Made by a program: the position numbers and the translations under genes
NCBI RefSeq assembly: GCF_009914755.1
Contig: NC_060938.1
Length of the DNA stretch: 64,000 nt
Strand: one strand, 5' to 3'
Source: the human T2T-CHM13v2.0 reference genome, Homo sapiens
Shown: positions 41,813 through 56,971 of the stretch, piece after piece
Numbering within the stretch: the stretch's first letter is position 1
Layout of the letters: each line of letters opens with the position of its first letter
Notes under the pieces: generated by a model
What the model was told of the DNA's origin: nothing
Database searches by the model: none
The model's input: the letters and a program-made list of their open reading frames with translations, nothing else

Positions 41813-42132
41813 TGATATGGTTTGGCTCTCTGTCCCCAACCAAATCTCATCTTGAATTGTAATAATCCCCATATGTCCTGGGAGGGACCATGTGGGAGGT
41901 AATTGAATCATGGGGGTGGGATTTTCCCGTGCTGTTCTCATGATAGCAAAAAAGTCTCATGTGATCTGATGGTTTTATAAGTGGAGATTCCTCTGAACAA
42001 AGTCTCTTGCTTGCTCCAATAATTGTGAGACCTCCCCAGCCATGTGAAACTGTGAGGCCATTAACCTTTTTCATTATGAATTATCCAGTCTTGGTTATGT
42101 CTTTATTAGCTGCATGAGAATTTATTAATACA
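41813..42132 (+). mobile_element. THE1 solo LTR inserted in an AluJ (41595-42197, minus)
   Basis: TGATATGGTTTGGCT...TAATACA, with perfect 5 bp TSD GTAAT at 41808-41812 and 42133-42137. Confidence 0.92.
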
Positions 42133-42199
42133 GTAATCCCCTTGCCTTAGCTTTCAAAGTAGCTGGAATTAGACACACATATCATTGTGCCTGGCTAAA

Positions 42200-45100
42200 A
42201 CACCTAGCTTAAAGATGCTCATTCAGCTAAAGAAGAACATAGAAAGCTAAACAGAAAAAGAAAACAATTCATGAAGATAATGAGATTATCAACGAAGTGA
42301 TTAAAAGTACAAAATAGAAACATAAAGTGTGGAGCTGAAAAATAAAATACCTGAATTTAGAGATTCACTAGAAGGTCCAACAACTGGTTTGATCTAGCAG
42401 GAAAAAATCCAGCAAGCTTCATAAGAAGTCTTTTGAAATTATATGGTGAGGAGGGTAAAAATAATTTTAAAAATTAAGAAAGCCTAAGGGACTTATGGGA
42501 TACCATTAAGATGGCCAATATACTTCTAATGGGAATTCTAAAATAAAAAGAGAGAAAAGAGAGCAGCAAAGTTATTTCAAGAAACAAACAGTGGCTGAGA
42601 ACTCTCAAAATTTGAGGGAGAAAATGGCCTAAAATTTAATGAAACTTTACCAACTAGTAGCAACACAGGGAGACCCATGACAAGACACATTTTAATCAGA
42701 GATTCAAAAGTTAAAACACCGAGAATCTTGAAGTCAGCAAGAAAAAATGACTTAGCATGTACAATGTTACCCCTATAGGATGACCAGCAGATGTCTCAGC
42801 CAATAGCATGCAGGCAAGAGGTTGTAGGATGACATACTCAAAGTGCTGAAAAAAATGGCAAGTACCAACCAAGAACACTATGTCTGCCAAAGCTATCATT
42901 TCAAATGAATTAAAAAATAAAAATAAAGTATATTCAAGATCAACGAAAACTGTATTAATTTATACACAGTAGGCCTGTATAAAAAAATGCTAGTCATTGA
43001 CATTAAAAAATAAAATAATGATGAGAGCAACATAGAATTATGTAAAATATAAAGTTTTCTAACAGATAATTATGTACACAATTATAATATTCTTTGTTAT
43101 TATAATGAAGATGCACAGAATACTTTTAATTCTGCTATGTAGTTGAGATAACAAAGACTTAAAAATGACTATATAACTGTGCCAATAGATTCACAATACA
43201 AAATGATGTAATTCGCGACATCAATAAAACACATAGGCAGCCATAAAGAGGCAGGGTTTTATATGCTATAGTAGTTATTTTTGGTAATATCTATAGTAAC
43301 AACAAAGAAAATACCTATAGTACTTAGGATTTTGAGACTAGTCTGGTCAACATGGCAAAACCCTGTCTCTATGAAAAATAACAAAAATTAGCCAGGAGTA
43401 CTGGTGCACATCTGTGGTCCCAGGTACTCAGAAGGCTGTGGTGGGAGGATTGTTTGAGTTGAGCCTGAGAGGCAGAGCTTGCAATAAGCAGAGATTGTGC
43501 CACTGCCCTCCAGCCTGGGCGACAGAGCAAGACCCTGTCAAAAAAAAAAAAAAAAAAGGAAATACCTATAGTACACACACACAAAGACATACACACAGAG
43601 AGAGTAGTGAGAAAAGAAGTAAAACATGTCACTATAAAAATCAATAATACGCTAAGAAAGAGAACAAGAGAGAAAAACAGGAAATAATAGCTACAGGACC
43701 GGCCAGGAGCGGTGGCTCACGCCTGTAATCCTAGCAATTTGGGAGGCCGAGGTGGGTGGATCAACGAGGTCAGGAGATTGAGACCATCCTGGCTAACACA
43801 GTGAAACCCTGTCTCTACTAAAAAAAAAAAACAAATAAAAATAAAAATAGCCGGGCATGGTGGCGGGTGCCTGAATTCCCAGCTGCTGGGGAATCTGAGG
43901 CAGAAGAATGGCGTGAATCCGGGAGGCGGAGCTTGCAGGGAGCCAAGATTGCACCACTGCACTCCAGCCTGGGCAACAGAGCAAAACTCCGTCTCAAAAG
44001 AAAAAGCTACAGGACCTAAAACAAAAAAGAAACAAAATTCAATAGAAAGTCATAGGAAATCATTCCCTTTTAGTAATGATTTTTTATATATATAAATTAT
44101 GTCAATCAAAAACATACTTTCACTAAATAAATTCATGAAACAAGATTCAACTCTCTGCTTCCTACAAATGACCACATTATGATCTGGAACACGCATAAGC
44201 CATACATGAAAGAATAAAAAAAATTAAATGCAAAATCAAATACTGTCATGGTAGACAAAATATATATTATATCAAAAACTTCCTCAAGAGAGAAGAAGAA
44301 AAGGACAATAAAAACAACAACAATAAAAGCAACAAAAAACAACATACATCAATAAAAGCAACAACAATAAAACAACATGCAACAATAAAAGCAACAGTAA
44401 TGTATGTGCCTTACATCACAGTTCCCAAAATATGAAGCAGCATTTTACAGAATTGAAACATGAAGTAGCCAGCACATAACAGTAGATGACTTTTTTATCA
44501 GACTTTTAGTAATGTAAATTAAAAAAACAAACATAAGATGAATAAGTAAACAGAGGATTTCAACAACACAATAGAACAATTAGACCTAACAGTCACATTT
44601 ATATCTCTCCACTCAACAGTAGAATATGCAATACTTTTAATCACACATGCCACAATATTCCAGATAGACCACCTGTTAAGTTAAAAAACACATCTTAGCA
44701 AATTTCAGCAGATGGAATTACACAAATTATTCCTAACTATGATACAATAAAACAAGAAGTTAAAAACACTAGCATGTCAAAGAATAAATAAAAATTAAAC
44801 AACAAATTCTCAAACACACTCTTGTTCAAGAGGTTATAGACTTAATATTGTTAAAATGTCACTACTACCAAAAGTGGTCTACGGATTCAATGTTCTTTCT
44901 TTTCTTTTCTTTCTTTTTATTTTGAGACGGAGTTTTGCTCTTGTTGCCCAAGGTGGAGTGCAATGTTGTGATCTCAGTTCACTGCAGCCTCCACCTCCTG
45001 GGTTCAAGCTGTTCTCCTGCCTCAGCCTCCTGAGTAGCTGGGAATACAGGCATGTGCCACCACACCTGGCTAATTTTGTATTTTTAGTAGAGATGGGGTT

Positions 45101-45910
45101 TCTCCATGGCTGGTCTGGAACTCCTGACCTCAGGTGATCCACCTTCCTCAGCCTCCCAAAGTGCTGGGATTACAGGCATGAGCCACAACCCTCAGCTGAT
45201 TCAATATACTTTCTATCAAAATAACAATGAAACTTTTTGCAGAAGTTTTAAAATATTCTACAATTTTTATGGAATTTCAAGTGATCACAAACAGCCAAAC
45301 AATATTGGGAAAAAAATATAAAGACAGAGGCATCATACTTTCTATTTTCTAAACATACTACGAACATATAGTAATCAAAACAGTTTGGTACTGACATAAA
45401 GACAAATGAATGATGAAACAGATGAGAGAGTCCAGACATAAGTCCTCATGGGTATAGTAAACTTATTTTTAAAATGTGTTCCAAGAATCACAAAAAGGAA
45501 AGAACAGTCTCTTCAACAAACAGTATTGGGAATAATAAAAATTTACAAGGAAAAAATAACAAAGTTAGACCTTAACTTGCAACAGATAAAAACATAAACT
45601 CAAGGCTGGGTGTGGTGGCTCACACCTGTAATCCCAGCACTTTGGGTGACTGAGACAAGTGAATCACAAGGTCAGGATATCAAGACCATCCTGGCCAACA
45701 TGGGGAAACAACATCTCTACAAAAATACAAACAAAAATTAGTTGGCGGTGGTGGCACACGCCTGCTGTTCCAGACACTCAGGCGGCTGATGCAGGAGAAT
45801 CTCTGGAATCCAGGAGGCAAGAGTTTCAGTGAGCTGAGATCATGTCACTGTGCTCCAGCCTGGTGACAGAGAAAGACTCCACCACAAATAAAGAAATAAA
45901 CTCAAAATAA
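42200..45910 (+). mobile_element. Old L1M ORF1/ORF2 fragments hosting Alus at 43325-43558 (+), 43701-44003 (+), 44895-45197 (-) and 45604-45893 (+)
   Basis: A-rich L1-like sequence. Alu TSDs AAATACCTATAGTAC, AGCTACAGGACC, GATTCAAT and ATAAACTCAA. Confidence 0.75.
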
Positions 45911-45914
45911 CTAA

Positions 45915-48900
45915 TTTTTGGTAGCTATTAAAATGGAATTTAAAATTTTATTTTTCAGATAGTTCACTATCATCATACAGAAAGCTACTACTGTGTTAAT
46001 TTTCTGCAATGTTACAGAATTTGTTTAGTAGTTCTAATAGTTTTTGGTGTAGTGTTTAGAGTTTTTCACATATAAGATTATTTTGTCCACAATCAGAGAC
46101 CATTTGACTTCATCCTTTCCAATTAGTATGACTTTTATTTCTTCCTCTTGCCTAATTTCCTTGGCTAGGACTTCCAGTACTATGTTGAATAAGAGGGCTG
46201 AAAGTTTGGACGATTTGTCTTGTTCCAGATCTCAGAGAGAAAGCTTTCAACTTTTCCTTATTCAGTATAATGTTAGCATTGCTTTTTCATAAATGGCCTT
46301 TATTGAGTTAAGGCACATACCTTCTATTCCTAACTTGTTGAGAGTTTTCATCATAATCAAGGCTGAATTTCATCCAATTCTTCTTCTGCATATGCAAAAG
46401 CTACAAAAATTAAAATACTTAATGTGATGGTTAATACTGGCAGTCAAATTGATTGGATTGGAGGATAGAAAGCATTGATCCTGGGTGTGTCTGTGAGGGT
46501 GTTGCCAAAGGAGATTAACATTTGAGTCAGTGGGCTGGGAAAGGGAGATCCACTCTTAATTGGGTGAGCACCATCTAATGAGCTGACAGTGAATATAAAG
46601 CAGGCAGAAAAACGTGAAAAAGAGAGACTGGCCTAAGCTCCCAGACTACATCTTTCTCCTGTGCTGGACACTTGCAGCCCTCAAACATCAGACTCCAAGT
46701 TCTTCAGCTTTGGGACATGGACCGCCTCTCCTTGCTCCTCAAACTTGCAGACAACCTATTGTGGGATCTCATGATCTCTCTAGGGAAGCCCAACTAATAT
46801 ACCTAGCAACAAACTTAACTAAAAAGGTAAAAGATCTCTACTCTGAAAACGACAAAACATGGATAAAAAATATAAAATACAAATGAATAAATAAAAAATA
46901 TTTTGTTTATACACTGGAAGAATACTGTTGATATAGCTACCCAAAGTGATCTACAGACTTAATGTGATTTTTATCAAAATACCAATGACATTTTTTCACA
47001 GAAATAAAAAAATTTAAATTTATATGGATCCACAAAAAACTCTGAATAGACAAAGCAACTTTGAGCAAAATAAGCAAAGCTAAAGGCATCACTTCATCAA
47101 ACTTCAAAACTTGCTATAAAGCTACAGTAACCAAAACAGCACTGTACTGGCATAAAAACAAACACATAGACTAATGTGCCCAATAAGCCCAGAAGTTAAT
47201 TTATGCACCTAAAGCCAACTGATTGTCAACAAAATTACCAAGAACGCACTTTAGAGAAAAGCTAATCTCTTTAATAAATGGTGCAGGGCCATTTAAATAT
47301 TTATATGCGGAAAAATAATACTAGACCCTTGTACCTTGCCATATATGATAATCAACTAAAACTAAAGACTTAAATGTAATGCCATCAATTATGAAACTAT
47401 TAGAGAAAAACATTAAAAAATGCTTTATAACATTGGACGGTGAAAGGATTATTAAAATAAGATTTCAAAACACGGGCAGCAAAATCGAGAATAAACAAAC
47501 AACATTATGTCAAACTAAAATGCTTTTTCATATTAAAAAAGCAACTAAAAGTTTGAAGAGACAGCTTAGGCGATGACAGAAAATGTTTTCATATACATGT
47601 GACAAAAGGCTAATATTCAGAATATATAAGAAACTTTAAAATCTCAAAATAAAATACACTTATAATCTAATTTAAAAAATGCAAAAGATCTTAATAGATG
47701 TTTGTCAAAAAGAGATACAAAAAATGGCTAACTGGAACACAAAAAGATGCTCTACATTACTAATCACCAAGGAAATGCACATCCAAACCGTAATGAAGTA
47801 CCACCTCATTCCCATTGGAATGGCTATAATAAAAATAAATAAATAAATAAATCAAGAACTAATGAGGATATAAAAAAGAGTGGATGTATACCTTGTTGGT
47901 GGAATTGTAAATTAGTATGGCCATTATAGAAAATAGTATGGAGGTTTCTGAAAGAAATTAAAAATATATCTATTATATGATCCAGCAATTTTACTTCTGG
48001 GTGTATATCCAAAAGAAAGGATATTACTGTGTCAAAAAGATATTTGCATTCCCATGTTCATTACAGAACTATTTATAATAGCTTATATATGGAATCAATT
48101 CAAATGTACAGCAACAGATAAATGGATAAGGAAAATGTACTATATATACACAGCGAAATACTATTCAGCCATAAGAAAGGATAAAATTCTGTCAGTTAAA
48201 AGAGCACGGATGAACCTTGAGCATACCATGTTAAGTAAAATAACCCACATAGAGAAACACAAATACTTTATGATCTTATTATCTCACTCATTTGAGGAAC
48301 CTGAAAAAAAGGGTTGATAGAAGCAAAGAGTACAACAGGGGTTACCAGAGACTGAAGCAGGAGGATGGGAAAAGGCTGCTTCACAGGTATTGTGTTATGA
48401 TTAGATAGGGGAAATAAGTTTTTGTTTTTTATTACACAGTAGAATAATAATAATTAATGAAAAGTTATCTCATATTACAAAATAGCTAAAAGAGACCAGT
48501 TGTGGTGGCATATTCTTGCAATCCATACATTTTGGGAGATTGAGGTAGGAGAATCACTTGACGTCAGAAGTTCAAGATGAGCCTGGACAACATAGTGTGA
48601 CCCCGTCTGTATGAAAAATTAAAACATTAGCCAGGCATGGTGGCAGCTTCCTGTAGTCTCAGCTAATTGGGAAACTAAGGTTAGAAGACTGTTTGAAGTT
48701 ACAGTGAGCTAAGATTGCACCACTGCACACCAGTCTGGGTGTTAGAGCAAGATCCTGTCTCTAAAAAAATTTAATACGTAAAGATAAAATAAAATAGCTA
48801 GAGAAGAAGCTTTTGAATATTCTCACCACAAAAATAACAAATGCATGAGGCAACAAGTATAGAAGTACTCTGATTTTTATTGTTATACAACATATATATA

Positions 48901-48960
48901 TAATTGTTTCCCCAAAATATGCACAATTACATGTGTCAATTTTAAAAAATGAATGAAGAC
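45915..48960 (+). mobile_element. L1MA-like element with an inverted 5' segment (45915-46400, minus); contains an MLT2 LTR and an AluJ (48495-48765)
   Basis: Antisense ORF2 segment directly followed by sense ORF2 and 3' UTR. Confidence 0.75.
46423..46800 (+). mobile_element. MLT2 (HERV-L) solo LTR
   Basis: TGTGATGGTTAATACTG..GATTGGATTG..GGGTGTGTCTGTGAGGGTGTTGCCAAAGGAGATTAACATTTGAGTCAGTGG. Confidence 0.9.
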
Positions 48961-49434
48961 TATAATGTAAAACCTATAGCTGTAAAATTCCTAGCACAAT
49001 ACAGAAGGGTGAAGCTTCATGACAACTGGTCGTGGTAATAATTTGGGGGACGTAACATCAACGGATGAGACAACAAAAGCAAGGGAATACACATGGTACT
49101 GAATCAGTGTATGAAAAATATCCCAAACAGACAAAGCAGAACATGGAATAGATATATGCACATTGTAGTATTACTCACAAACATGTTACCTGGAAGCAAA
49201 TGTACCCTTAAGGATGAGTAGATTCAGCAAACAGGGCACGTACAATCACTGGGATAGCATTCAGCCTTAAAAATAAGGAAATCTTGAAAAGTACTACAAT
49301 AAGGACAAATATTCAAAACATTCTGTTAAGTAAAATAAGACAGTCAAAAAGGAAAGCTGTATAATTACACTCATGTAAAATATTTAGTCAAACTCAAAGA
49401 AACCAAGTGTCATAGTCTCAGCAGTGCACCAAGA

Positions 49435-50606
<1,172 letters not shown>

Positions 50607-50919
50607 CAAGTAATGAGTATTCACTTTTACTTTTGTAAGACAAAAATTATCTAAAAGCTACTGCAAAACAATAGAACTATACTAACCACTTCTAAACCAT
50701 ATACTTAAAATTTCAGAAATGACAATGGCATGTTTTTAACTACAATTAGAAATTTAAGACTAACTAAAAGGCACAGTTAGAAAACCTTTCAAACATCACC
50801 TTCAAATAACAAAGGGTTATTCTCACACAATTATATGGATTTAAACTATATGTTGATTGTAAATTTAAGATTATTTCCCTGATGACTCACCAAGATAGAA
50901 TAAAGTAATCACAGGAAAC

Positions 50920-53900
50920 CAAGAAAAGAGGGAAATTTATAGCACTAATGTCCACATCAAAAAGCTAGAAAGGGCTGGGCGTGGTGGCTCATGCCTGTAA
51001 TTCCAGCACTTTGGGAGGCTGGGGTAGGCAAATCACTTAAGGCCAGATGTTCAAGACCAGCCTGGAACACACAGCAAAACCCCACCTCTACAAAAAAAAA
51101 TTCAAAAATTAGCTGGTTTTTGTGATGCACATCTGTAATCCCAGCTACTCAGGAAGCTGAGACAGAAGAAATCACTTAAAACTGAGAAGTGGAGGTTGCA
51201 GTGAGCAGAGATCATGCCACTGTACTCCAGCCTGGGTGACACAGTGAGACTCTGCCACAAGAAAAAAAAGAGAAACTAGAAAGATCTAAAGTTAACAGCC
51301 TAACATCTTGATTAAAAGAACTAGAAAACCAAGTGAAAACTAACCAGAAAGGTAGCAAAAAACAAGAAATAACCAAGATCAAAGTAGAGCTGAAGGAGAT
51401 AGAGACACTGAAAACTCTTCCAAAAAAAAAAAGTCAAAAATCCAGGAGCTGTTTTATGAAAAAAATTAATAAACTAAATGGAACACTAGCTAGGCAAATA
51501 AATAAGAAAAGAAAGGAGAACCAAACACAATTAGAAATAATAAGGGAGATATCATCACTGATCCCATGGAAATAAGAACAACCATCAGAGAACACTATAA
51601 ACATCTGTATGCACATAAACCAGAAAATCTAGAAGAAATAGACAATTTCCTTGCAAAATAAACCCTACACAAGATTGAACCCTGAATAGATCAATAATGT
51701 GTTCTGAAATTGAGGCAGTAATAACTAGCCTACCAAGCAAGCTGAATTTGACCAGAGGTACAAAGAGGAGATGGTACCTTTTCTCTTAAAACCATCCAAA
51801 AAAAATTGAAGACAAAGAAGTTCTCTCTAACTCATTCTATCAGGCCAGCATCATCCAGATACCAAAACCTAACATAGATACTACAACAACAGCAACAACA
51901 ACAACACATCATGCCAATGTCTTTGGTAAACACTGTGCAAAAATCCTCAATAAAATACTGGCAAACCAAATCCAGCAGCACATTAAAAAGTTCATCCGCA
52001 ACAATGGAGTTGGCTTTGTCCCCAGGATGCAAGGTTGATTCAACATATGCAAATCAATAAATGTGACTCATCACATAAAGAGAACTAAATAAAAAGCCAC
52101 ATGATTATCTCAATAAATGCAGAAAAAGCATCCAATAAAATTCAGCATTCCTTCAGGTTTAAAATTCTCAATAACCTAGGAAGTGAAGAAACTTACCTGA
52201 AAATAATAAGAGCCATATACAACAAACCCACAGCCAATATCATACTGAATGTGCAAAAGCTGGAAACGTTCCACCTGAAAACTGGCACAAGAAAAGAATG
52301 CCCTCTCTCACCACTACCATTCAATATAGTATCAGAAGCCTTGGCCAGGAAAATCAGGCCAGAGGAAGAAATAAAGAGTATTCTAATAGAAAGAGAGGAA
52401 GTCAAATTATCTTTGTTTGCAGATGACCTGATCCTACATCTAGAAAACCTCATTGTCTCAGGCCCAAAGCTTCTTAAGGTGATAAGCAACAGTAGCAAAA
52501 TCTCAGGATATAAAATCAATGTGCAAAAGTAGCTAGCATTCCCATACACAAACAACAGGCAAGCAGGGAGACAAATCATGAATGAACTTTCATTCACATT
52601 TGCTACAAAGAGAAAAAAATACCTAGGAATACAGCTAAGAAAGAAAGTGAAGGACCTCTTCAAGGAGAACCACAAACAACTGCTCAGAGAAATCAGAGTG
52701 GACACAAAACAGATGGAGAAATATTCCATGCTCATGGAGAGGAAGAATCAGTATCATGAATATGGGCATATTGCCCTAAGTAATTCATAGATTCAATGCT
52801 ATTCCCATTGAACTACTGACATTCTTCAGAGAATTAGAAAAATAAAAACTTTTAAAGTTCATATGGAACCAAAAAAGAGCCCAAATAGCCAAGCCAACCT
52901 TAAGAAAAAAAAAAAAAGCTGGAAGCGTCACTCTACCTAACTTCAAACTATACTAGAAGAGTACAGTAACAAAAACAGCATGGTACTGGTATAGAAACAG
53001 ACACATAGACAAATGAAACAAAGTAGAGAACCTAGAAATAAAGCCAAAAACCTACAACAACCTGATCTTTGACAAAGTTAACAAAAACAAAGAATTAGGG
53101 AAAGGTCTCCCTATTCAAAAAACGGTGCTAGGAGAACTGGCTAGCCATATGCAGAGAATTTAAACTGGAACCCTTCTTAACACCATGTACAAAAATTAAC
53201 TCAAGATGGATGAAAGACTTAAATGTATAACCCAAAACTATAAAACCCTTAGAAGAAAAAATCTAGATAATACCATTCAGGATATAGGCATGAGAAAAGA
53301 CTTTATGACAGAAAGGCAAAAAGCTATAGCAACAAAAGCAAAAATTGACTAATAGGGTCTAATTAAACTAAAGAGCTTCTGCGGAGCCAAAGAAACTATC
53401 ATCAGAGCAGACAACCTAGAGAATGGGAGAAAAATTATGCAACCTATCCATCTCACAAATGTCTAATATCCAGAATCTAGGAGGAATTTAACAAAATTTA
53501 CAAGAGAAAAAAAAAGGCCCCATTAAAAAAGGGTCAAAGAACATGAACAGACGTATCTCAAAAGAGGACATACATGTGCCCAACAAACATGAAAAGCTCA
53601 ACATCACTGATAACTGGATAAATACAAATCAAAACCATAATGACATACCATCTCACACAAATTATAATGGCTATTAATAAAAAGTAAAAAAAAAAAAAAC
53701 AGGTGCTGGCGAGGTTGTGGAGAAAAGGGAACACTTTTACACTGTTGGTGGGAGTGTAAATTATTTCAAGCATTGAGGAAGAGAGTGTGGAGATTCCTCA
53801 AAGACCTAGAAGCAGAACTACCATTTGACCCAGCAATACCATTACACCCAAAGGAAAATAAATAATTCTATTTTAAAAATACATGTATACAAATGTTCAT

Positions 53901-54424
53901 TGCAGCACTATTTACAATAGCAACATCATGTAATCAATCTACATGCCCATCAATGATACACTGGATAAAGGAAATGTGGTACACATACACCATGGAACAC
54001 TATGAAGCCATAAAATGTAATGAGATGATGTCCTTTGCAGGGACATGGTTGGAATTTGAAGCCATTACTCCCAGCAAACTAATGCAGGAACAGAAAACCA
54101 AACACCACCTATTATTATTCTAACTTATTAGCAGAAGCAGATCAATGAGAACATATGGACACATCAGGAAGAACAACACACACTGGACACCTGTTTCATG
54201 GCATGGGGGAGGGGAAGGAGAGCATCAGGAAGAATAGCTGCGGATGCTGGGCTTGGTACCTGGGTGATGAGATGATCTGTGCAGTAAACCACAGTGGTAC
54301 GCATTTATGTATGTAAGAGACCGGCATACTCTGCACATGGACCCCTAAACTTAAAATAAAAGTTGAAAAATAAACTTTATCACATATGGACCCCTGAACT
54401 TAAAATAAAACTTGAAAAAAAAAA
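50920..54424 (+). mobile_element. 5'-truncated older L1PA (ORF2 and 3' UTR) with an Alu at 50972-51270
   Basis: ORF 52101-52532 ([12 protein letters not shown]) is L1 RT. 3' UTR and poly(A) are present. Confidence 0.93.
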
Positions 54425-54519
54425 TGTGTTTCTGGTGGATTCTCTATGTTAGACCCAAACTGAGGATCTTGAAGCTCTCGCTGGGGGAATCGGGGATGGG
54501 GGCACACTGGGGAGCCACT

Positions 54520-56370
54520 GCCAAGGCCAACCACCCTCCCTACAAGCCACCTCCCTTCCCGGCCAGTATGGAAAGAAGAAGGGGTATGTGAACAGCTGTG
54601 GAGGTCAGAATCTCGGGAACTGAATCAGGCCCCAGCCGATGCCCCCCAGCCCAGTCCAGCCAGCGTGCTTGCCAGTCTTCCCACCCAGCCAGCCCAGCCC
54701 TCAGGATTGTTAGATGGAACAAGGCTCCATCATCACCCAGGCATGGAGGGAAGATGCCCTGGTCCTTACCAAGCAAGGCCTGGTTTCCAAAGTCCTCTCC
54801 GAAGAGGCCTCATGTTTGCCACATCTTAAAAGTCCCCTTTCTGCTGTTCTTGCACCCAGCATGTTGGACAGTTAAGTTCCCCCGCTGAGCAATCCACACA
54901 TAAGGAGGGAGTCAACACCATTGCTATGTCGGATCAGCTCCAGCGTCTCCAATATCAGTTTTATCAGATCCCAGGAACCTGCCTGCTCCCAGAGGTGACA
55001 GAGAAAAATCAAGGAAGGATCTGTATGGCCACTGACCTGGATGAAACCCTTGTGCATAGCTCCTTTAAGCCAATCAGCAATGCTGACTGCCTAGTGCCTG
55101 TAGAGCTTGAGGGGACCATGCACCAGATCCATGTGCTCATGAGGCCTTATATGGATGAGTTCCTGACATGAATGGAGGAAATGTTTAAATGTGTTTCGTC
55201 ATTGCTCTCTTCTTCCCAGCCTGAACAAGTAGGCAGATCCTGTGAAGGGTGAGCTGGACGGGTATGGGATGGTCTGGGGCTGCCTGTCCCATGAGTCATG
55301 TTTGTTTCACCAGGGCTGCTATGTCAAGGACATCAGCCATCTGGGGAGGGACCTGAGGAAAACTCATCCTGGACAACTCGCCTGCTTCTTACATCTTCCA
55401 CACAGAGAATGCAGTGCCTGTGCAGTCCTGGTTTGATAACATTCCAGACAGCAGCTGCTGCACCTGATATCATTCTTTGAGGAGATGAGTGGAGGAGCAG
55501 AGGGTGTCTACACTAGCCTTGGGCAGCAGTGGGCCCTTAACCTTCCCTGCTTCCCAGCAATGGCCATCACAGTAGGGGATTTTCCCACACTGTGCCTCTA
55601 TGATCAGCCTGAAAGAGTGAAGGCTGGAACACCTACCCACATGGGCCTGAAAAGAGTGAGAAGTGATTGAAAAGAGCTTTAGGACAGCTTAGATTCCCAG
55701 TGGGTGAATGCCAGACCAAGGATACCCAGAGCTACCTGCCATCAAGTTGTTGGGTTCCCAAGATGTGGGTGTGAGAGAAAGAAAGAGAGCATGTGTGTTT
55801 TGTGATGAACTGTGGCCCCAAGTATATAGTGTTTCAGTAGGGGAGAAGCTGAAGGACAAAGACTCTTCCCAAGCTAGCTTGTCTCCTCTCCTGTCACCCT
55901 ATGAGCCCCTGAGATCCATAGGGATGAAGAGTATTGAAGGCTCCATTGCAAACCTGGTCTTTCTACAGTGCTACAAGGCCTATGCCAAAGAGAAAGGAAA
56001 GGTACTTCTTTGGGTGTTCCAGGTACACATCTTTCTGAAATATTTCTCCAGCCAGTTGTTGCAGACAAAAGACGACATTTCTGGGAAGATGGGGACTTAT
56101 GTTCAGACGAGTACCCAAACTATCAGGTCTTCTGGTCCAAAGGCTATTTTTACTTACCTCTAGCCAAGTGCCTGGGATGGATCCTTCCTGCATCTCCCCA
56201 AGGCTCACCACTTAGCCATAGCCTCAAACCCGTGGGGAAGGAAGGTCTACCCGCCCTGCAAGAGGACAAATAACTGATTTTTGTTCATTTGACTCTGTTT
56301 TAAAATTCTCTTTAAAAAAAAAAAACAAAAAAAAGAAAAAGAAAGCGTATCTGAAACTTAAAAAAAAAAA
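54520..56370 (+). pseudogene. CTDSP2: Processed pseudogene of CTDSP2 (SCP2 phosphatase)
   Basis: From ATG 54714 (MEQGSIITQAWREDALVLTKQGLVSK) through [38 protein letters not shown] and FHQGCYVKD to VYTSLGQ and TAA at 55538-55540. No introns, with frameshifts and stops, ~770 bp of 3' UTR and an A-rich end. The symbol names the parent gene. Confidence 0.95.
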
Positions 56371-56673
56371 ACAAGGAAAAAAGATGAAAAAAATGACATA
56401 CATAGGTGAAAAACACATAGATATATGTATAAGCAACAAACACGGCTAATTCACATATAAATTAAATATCACATTGTCATAAAGTGTACCGAGTTAAAAA
56501 ATTATCATTCAACTCATGATATCAAGCTTTAAAAGCAAAAATACAATTAACTGATCTGAGAAAACATACCCCCCCAAGAAAAGAAACACAACAACACAGA
56601 ATTGAACATAAGAAGAGAGATTAAATGCAAAAAATCCTGAATACAACATAAATATACAATGAAAAATAAGCCC

Positions 56674-56971
56674 TTTTTTTTTTTTTTTTTTGAGACAGAG
56701 TCTCACCCTGTCGCCCAGGCTGTAGTGCAGTGGTGCCATCTCAGCTCACTGCAAGCTCCGCCCACTGGGTTCACACCATTCTCCTGCCTCAGCCTCTCGA
56801 GTAGCTGGGAATACAGGCACCCACCACTATGCCCGGCTAATTTTTTCTATATTTAGTAGAGACGGGGTTTCACCGTGGTAGCCAGGATGGTCTTGATCTC
56901 CTGACCTCGTGATCCACCCACCTTGGCCTCCCAAAGTGCTGGAATTACAGGCGTGAGCCACCATGCCGGGC
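56674..56971 (-). mobile_element. AluY/Sc-type
   Basis: Alu consensus sequence with TSD TGAAAAATAA(G)CCCTT. Confidence 0.95.
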
